Shown: in pieces, positions 37,826 through 44,206 of the stretch
Position numbering within the stretch: the first letter of the stretch is position 1
Layout: the number at the start of each line of letters is the position of its first letter
NCBI RefSeq assembly: GCF_006345805.1
Contig: NW_021834821.1
Location: forward strand, 1 to 44,206
Length of the DNA: 44,206 bases
DNA from: Octopus sinensis
Taxonomy: Eukaryota
Direction of reading: 5' to 3'
Notes under the pieces: generated by a model
Database searches by the model: none
What the model saw: the letters and a program-made list of their open reading frames with translations, nothing else
What the model was told of the DNA's origin: nothing
Position numbers and translations under genes: made by a program

Positions 37826-38041
37826 TTACTATAGGCACAATGCCTGAAAGTTTGGCGGGTCGGGGTGGGGGGTTGGGGCGAGTGATAACATCGACCCAAT
37901 GTTTCACTGGTACTTCATTATTGACCCTGAAAGGTTGAAAGGCAAAGTTGACCCTGACGAAATTTGAACTCAGAATATAGTGACAGGTGAAAAACCGCTA
38001 AGTACTTTGTCCGGTGCACTAACAATTCTGCCAGCTCACCT
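37826..38041 (-). mobile_element. SINE family B
   Basis: GGCACAATGCCTG...GACCCTGAAAGG..GAAAGGCAAAGTTGACC...GAACTCAGAA...TCTGCCAGCTCACC. Confidence 0.75.
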
Positions 38042-38201
38042 CTCTCTCTCTGTAATATAACATATATATATATGTATCATATATGTATATATATTATATT
38101 ATATATAATTATAGATACATATATATATATGTAAATAATATATATATATATATGCAAAAAAACAAGTAAAAAATAGAAAATGCTAAGATCTATTTCATAT
38201 G

Positions 38202-38246
<45 letters not shown>

Positions 38247-38327
38247 GTATATATATATGTATATATATATAATATATATATTATATATATATATATACAT
38301 ATATATAATATATATTCGAGACAAAAC

Positions 38328-38363
<36 letters not shown>

Positions 38364-39764
38364 TGTATGTATGGGTATAAATATACGATGGGCTTCTTTT
38401 AGTTTCCGCCAACCAAATTCTACCCACAAGGCTTTGGTTGGCCAGATGCTGTAGTAGAAGACACTTGTCCAAGTTGTCATACAGTGGGACTGAACCCCCG
38501 AGTGTGTGGTTGGGAAACAAGCTTCTTACCACACAGCCACACCTGTATGTGAATGCATGTTGTATAGTTAGATGGAGATGGAGAGATTATATATATAAGT
38601 ACAAATGTATATACATAGATATCAATCCATTCGTTTGTTCCCAGTCGTCTTCCCTCACACACTCCTAAACGATGCAAAGATATTCTCCTAAATGTGGCTT
38701 CCATTCCTTCCTCTGCCGAATACATCCATACTCTTGTTGCTTATGCTGATTTAGGGGCACCAGTCTCACAGATTTTATTTCAGAAAACCGACCCCCATCC
38801 CCTATACATATTCACTCAGTCTCTTGTACTGAAGCACAAACTTTACGTAGACACACGTTTTTGGAAAGGAAACTGTGTAAAAAGAAACATGAAATACTTC
38901 TATATAGCTGCTGTTTCTAGCATATGTAAGTGTGTGTTTGTAACTAGTTTTGGTTGTTGTATTAATTTCACTGTAATACTTAAATGCAAATTAAAGTTTA
39001 ATTTAATGAGAAAATTAAATTAATCATGTGTAAAATGCAAACGAATGCCAGAGCTGCTAGATATAGCAGCCAAATCTACGTTGAAACAACATCATACCGT
39101 CTCTTCTAACTCCATACATATTTATATATTAGCTGATGAAAGCTGAAGTGTACATGATAGCTAGAGTTGTTTGAAATAGCAGCTAAATGCCCCTCCAATC
39201 TACTGTTCTTCTGAAATTAATTGCAGTTTATAAATTGTACACCTATTTGTCACACGACACAAATCCAATACAACAGGTCCATGAAACTGCAACATTTCAT
39301 ATGCTAGAAACAACAGCAAGAGTTTAGCAAAAATATATGCAAAGATGGACACAGAAAACGAGAGAAGGATGCAGAAAAAACAAGATCTAAATATATAACG
39401 TATCAATGCTTAATGTACAGTAGACCTGCTGCAAGAAATAACAGCCAAATCTCACAGCCATCCATCCATCCATTTGTCTGTTACTCTCTTTTCTTCTCAG
39501 AATTTGGGAGCAGAAATTTTCCTTGTAATCTTCACCCACATCGACATTCAGTCCCAGGGCACCCATGGAGACTTCCGCTTTCTACCATACACATATGTGA
39601 TCATTCTTTGTCTAAAGAAAACAAGGCCTGGAATTCTAGTAGAGGCAACTAATTGACTCCAACGACCCTGCGTGTGAACGATTCTGTCACCTCATCGGCT
39701 TATACACACACACACACACATACCATAACAGATCTATCTACCCCTCTCTCTCTAATTTACTTTT

Positions 39765-39968
39765 TACTATTAGCACAAGGCCTGCAATTACTGTGGGCAA
39801 CTAATCAATGACTTCATCCTTAGTATTTGACTGGTACTTAATTTATTGACCCTGGAACGATGAAATGGATAAATCGACCGAGGCAGAACTTGAACTCACA
39901 ACATGAAGCTATACAAAATGCGATTAAGCATTTCCTCCAGCATGGCAACGATTCTACCAATTTCCCCA
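39765..39968 (-). mobile_element. SINE family B
   Basis: Same diagnostic blocks as the other family B copies. Confidence 0.7.
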
Positions 39969-39970
39969 CT

Positions 39971-40001
<31 letters not shown>

Positions 40002-40812
40002 CATAGCAACAATAATATATATCAATATAGTTGTACTAATACATCTCCTTCTAGAAATAGCAGTCAAATCTCCTGAAATCACACATCATACTGTGTAATA
40101 TCTGAGGGGATTATCTGCAATGAAAGTAGGCTCGTTGGAATTACCAATTAATTACAGCGTACTCTCTTATGTGTGTCTAATGAGGCCATGCAGGACCCCT
40201 ATCTGGTGACTAGACCACTTTCGGTAAATGTCGATTTAACCCGTCCCCTTAAAATTTCTGGCGTGGATGAGGAACTATAATTCTTTTTGAGGTCTGGGAG
40301 TCACTTCTTGTATATCTGTGAATATAGTTGTATCGATATTTCTCTTGCAGAAATAGCAGTCAAATCCCTTTAAATCACAACATTATAGTGTGTAATGCCT
40401 GAAGGAAATATTTGCATTGTGACTCAGTTTGTTAGAAATAGAGAGAGAGAGAGAGAGAGGATGAGCGAGTGAAAAAGAAGGTGCTATATGGAGGGATCGA
40501 TGGAATAAATACAAGGCTTAACACAAAGATGTACTGGGTTCAATTCTTCGACTAGAAATTCTTCAAGGTGTTGCTCCAGCATGGCCACAGTCTAATGTCT
40601 GAAACACGTTAAAGATAAAAGATACACACAGACACAGGCATACTTTTATGCATTTGTTTTGCCGGATTCTTCATGTGAAGTTGCGTGTTGAAAGAGACAT
40701 TGTTGTATTTCATGATGGTCATGTCCTTTCTTTCATTACATAATAAATAGAGAGAGAGGGAGAGCGAGAGACAGACAGCCAGATAGATAGAGAGAGAGAC
40801 AGACAGACAGAC

Positions 40813-40852
<40 letters not shown>

Positions 40853-41874
40853 GCGTTATAGTATGTGTGTGTGTGTAGTTTGTAAAATCTCAGGAAGTAA
40901 AGTGAGCCAGCACATCAAAGTGGCTGCTGAAAGTTACTACTAGTTTAACCCCAGGCAGATTCTCCACCAGCGGGTTATCGCTGTGCTACACTGCACCCTA
41001 TATATACAATATCTTGTTAGCAGTGGTGGGGAGGGGGGTGCGTACCTCGGTAAACTTTCAGATTAACACGCCGCACGATTTTCACCAAGAAAAGTCGTGA
41101 AAAATTACAAAAATCGATTCCAGGGGAGAATGCGATTGGCAAAGCCATGGGAACGTGCATTTGTACGCACAAGTACATCAGATGTTGCAATCGATACTAG
41201 ATACGCGAGAAAATTGCACGTGCAGTTTGCGCAAAAAAGCCGGCTGGCTTGAAAAATAATGCCACAAAATGCAGAATATTTAAGAGACCAAAAAAGTAAG
41301 ATGCAAAAGAGATATTTTCTCCAAACTTGGCATGAAGGAAGGAAAAACTATTTTGTTTCTGAAGAAGTCTTTTCTTTTTTTTGCCTTAATTTCGTTTAAC
41401 AAAACCAAAACTTTTATTGAAATAAAGGCATGCTTAATTATTTTTTAATGAAAAGAAAACACAGATTGCTTTTTATTCAAGGAAGAAAATATAATTTTCT
41501 TGTTAATAAATGATTTTCAATGTTTGTGTTCTCCCAGTCTACAGACTTATCATTTCTGGTACTTTTAAACTCTTCGGTTGCATATTTGTGTGAATAAATC
41601 GTTTTTCGTTGGAATAGAAAAAAAGTCTATCTTTATTTCTTCTTTTGCTGATGTCTAATTTAGGTTAAATCAGTGCTTCTCAAAGGGGTGGCCTATGAGG
41701 CTGTCGGACAAGTTGTTTTGAGAAAATTTGGTTTAAATGTTTGACAACTCAGCACCGTGTGTGTGTATAAATATATATATGTGTGTGTATATATATAATA
41801 TGTGTGTGTGTGTATACATATATATGTGTGTGTGTGTGTGTATACATATATGGGGGTGTGTGTTTATACATATA

Positions 41875-41909
<35 letters not shown>

Positions 41910-42213
41910 TCCTGCATGTATATACATGTGTATATATATATGCATATTATATATTCATAAACATATATATGCATATATATACATGTAATATATATATATA
42001 TATAATTAATTAATAAGGGTGAGAGAATTAGATACTAATTAATATAGTATATCTATTCAACACCAGTGACCACTCTCTTATATTTATTTATATATATATA
42101 TATTATACATATACTCACACACATATATATATTCATAAATATATGTATGTATATATATGTATTTATGTATATATTCATTACATTTACTCACACACACCAC
42201 ACACCCACACATA

Positions 42214-42990
42214 TCATCATCATCATCATCGTCATTTAGCGTCCGCTTTCCATGCTAGCATGTGTTGGACGGTTCAACTGGGGTCTGGGAAGCCAGAAGG
42301 CTTGCACCAGGCCCAGTCTGATCTGGCAGTGTTCTAAGGCTGGATGCCCACCCAACGAACGCCAACACTCCGTGAGTTGTAGTGGGTGCTTTTAAGTGCC
42401 ACCCGCACAGGTGCCAGACGGAACTGGCAAACATCCACGGACGGATGGTGCTTTTTACGTGCCACCAGCACGGGGGCCAGGCCGAGGCAGGCAACGGCCA
42501 CCGATCGGATGGTGCTTTTTACGTACCACCAGCACGGAGGCCAGTGGGGCGGCGCTGGCAACGGCCATGATCGGATGTTCCTTACTTGTCACAGGCACTG
42601 GTACCACAGCTGCATTTCCATTGATGTGATTGACTTCGATTTTGGTTCTGCTTTCTGATATCTGATTTGATTTGGTTTGATTTTGATTTTGATTTTGCTT
42701 TTGATTTTGATTTTCAATTGCCTCAACGGGTCTTCACAAGTGGAGTTTTGTGTCCCAGAAGGAAACGTATGTATAAGTCGACTGGCTACATACCAGGTAG
42801 GGGCCACGGGTTATGGGTCTCCTAGTCTTGCCGGGTCTTCTCACGCACAGCACATACTTCCATAGGTCTCGGTCTCTAGTCATTTCCTTGGTGAGACCTA
42901 AAGTTCGAAGGTCGTGCCTCACCACCTCCTCCCAGGTTTTCCTGGGCCTACCCTTATCCACAGGTTCCCTCACTGCTAGGGTGTGGCACT
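42214..42990 (-). mobile_element. 5'-truncated RTE-clade LINE: ORF C-terminus + 3' UTR
   Basis: Peptide KCHTLAV...GRPRKTWEEVVRHDLRTLGLTKEMTRDRDLWK is typical of RTE ORF ends. It is followed by (ATCAAA)n, GGTGGCACGTAAAAAGCACC repeats and a (GAT)n tail. Confidence 0.8.
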
Positions 42991-43026
42991 TTTTCCTTTC
43001 GAATCTTTATAAATAGTTTCAGTAAT

Positions 43027-43215
43027 TTTGTGGGAGAGAGGATAATCGACACCAGCGATCCCAGTACTTGACTGGTACCTTATTTTATTGACTCCCGAAA
43101 CAATGAAGGGCAAAGTTGACCTCGGCAGGATTTGAACTCTGAACGTAAAGTAAGAAGAAATATCGCAAGACATTTTTTTCCCCGACGCTTTGACGATTCT
43201 ACCCAACCCGCTACC
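43027..43215 (-). mobile_element. SINE family B
   Basis: GGTACCTTATTTTATTGAC...GGCAAAGTTGACCTCGGCAGGATTTGAACTCTGAACGTAAAG. Confidence 0.75.
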
Positions 43216-43487
43216 CCTCATCTTTACAAATAATAACAATAATTTGGGTACGAGGGAACCACTTTATAGGAGTTTACATCAATAAGTAAGATAAAACCAT
43301 AAAGATATTACACATAAAATGGATCTTACAGCTGTACTTCACCAGCAGTATATTGGATAACTGATATCCCATCGTGGGTTACACTCATAACCCCTATCTC
43401 ACTTTATATATATATATATATAAAGTGTCTTGCAGGTTACACTCATAACCCCTATCTCACCTTTATATATATATAATAAGTGTCGTG

Positions 43488-43666
43488 CAGGTGGCACGTA
43501 AAAAACACCCACTACACACTCACGAGTGGGTTGGCGTTAGGAAGGGCATCCAGCCGTAGAAAAACTGCCAGATCTGACTGGGCCTGACGAAGCCTTCCAG
43601 CTTCACAGACCCCAGTTGACCCGTCCAACCCATCTAGCATGGAAAACGGACTCTAAACGATGATGA
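43488..43666 (+). mobile_element. Family C 3' tail
   Basis: GGTGGCACGTAAAAAACACC...GGCGTTAGGAAGGGCATCCAGCCGTAG...GATGATGAT. Confidence 0.75.
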
Positions 43667-44206
43667 TAAAATGAGATAGGGGTTGAAAATTCAACCAACC
43701 ATGGGATAACATATATCCAATATACTGCTAGATAGTACCCAACAAGACTAATACATAGATGTTAGAAATTATCAAACAATCAGTTCATCTATTGTATTAT
43801 AGGGCAAAGGTATATATTACCATAAATTAATACTACAAAATTAGAAAATGGAAAACATACTTCAATCAATAAAACATCAACTATCAGATGATACCCATCA
43901 TACTTTATTACACCATTATATATCAGTAAAGGCATTATACAAAATATACAGTAAATGTAAATAGACAAGGAAATATAAGTATAAAAATATAAAATATAAT
44001 ATGTAATTATATCATATCTGACAGCTGTTTCGGCAGCAAGGGCAGTCATACCTCATTTAACCTATAAGCCATAAAGGCAGGTATAAATGAGGCGTTAACA
44101 AGGATGCCCCACGGCCTCTTCAGAGAATTTAATTTGTTATAATTATGAAAAAATTATTTTTCATATACATATAAATATAAAAATATAAAAATGTAAATAT
44201 AAAAAC

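Larger units (their letters stand above)
34340..39465. repeat. Diverged tandem triplication of a ~1.6-2 kb unit (SINE A + unique segment + GCTAGAAA repeats)
   Basis: The segment TTCCATTCCTTC.TCTGCCGA...GGGGCA.CAGTCTCA..GATTTTATTT.AGAAA occurs at about 35125, 36463 and 38699. Each copy is preceded by a minus-strand SINE A (tails at about 34340, 35935, 37522). Confidence 0.75.

Noticed and set aside
36322-39023. Similar peptides from triplicated copies (SIPSSA...GAPVS.ILFQK.DP)
   Set aside because: Differences fall mainly at codon positions 1-2 while third positions are conserved, and the antisense frame has stops. This is DNA-level similarity, not coding selection.
41690-41720. hAT-like TIR start CAGTGCTTCTCAAAG near 41671
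   Set aside because: No matching opposite terminus found.

Overview
Eukaryotic, AT-rich, microsatellite-dense genomic DNA. The repeat families look like those of an octopod cephalopod (my recognition, not a database result). One convincing host gene is present. It is a 5.47-kb coding exon on the minus strand (11924-17394), split by a single -1 indel near 13512. Repaired, it encodes a 1823-aa protein with an N-terminal coiled coil and about six tandem NHL-like beta-propeller modules. The rest is mobile DNA. There are two Penelope-like retroelements (RT + GIY-YIG): one C-rich with a minimal hammerhead ribozyme in its 3' repeat, one AT-rich with ~580-bp inverted arms. Also present are a solo LTR with a 4-bp TSD, non-autonomous Helitrons with a 9 x ~153-bp array of 5' ends, an RTE LINE 3' end plus short elements sharing its tail, two tRNA-derived SINE families, mariner and hAT MITEs, a 201-bp near-perfect palindrome, a pre-miRNA-like hairpin and an old tandem triplication. 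Most frameshifts in the ORFs are 1-nt losses in short base runs, suggesting consensus errors. Most ORFs in the supplied track are microsatellite or repeat artefacts.
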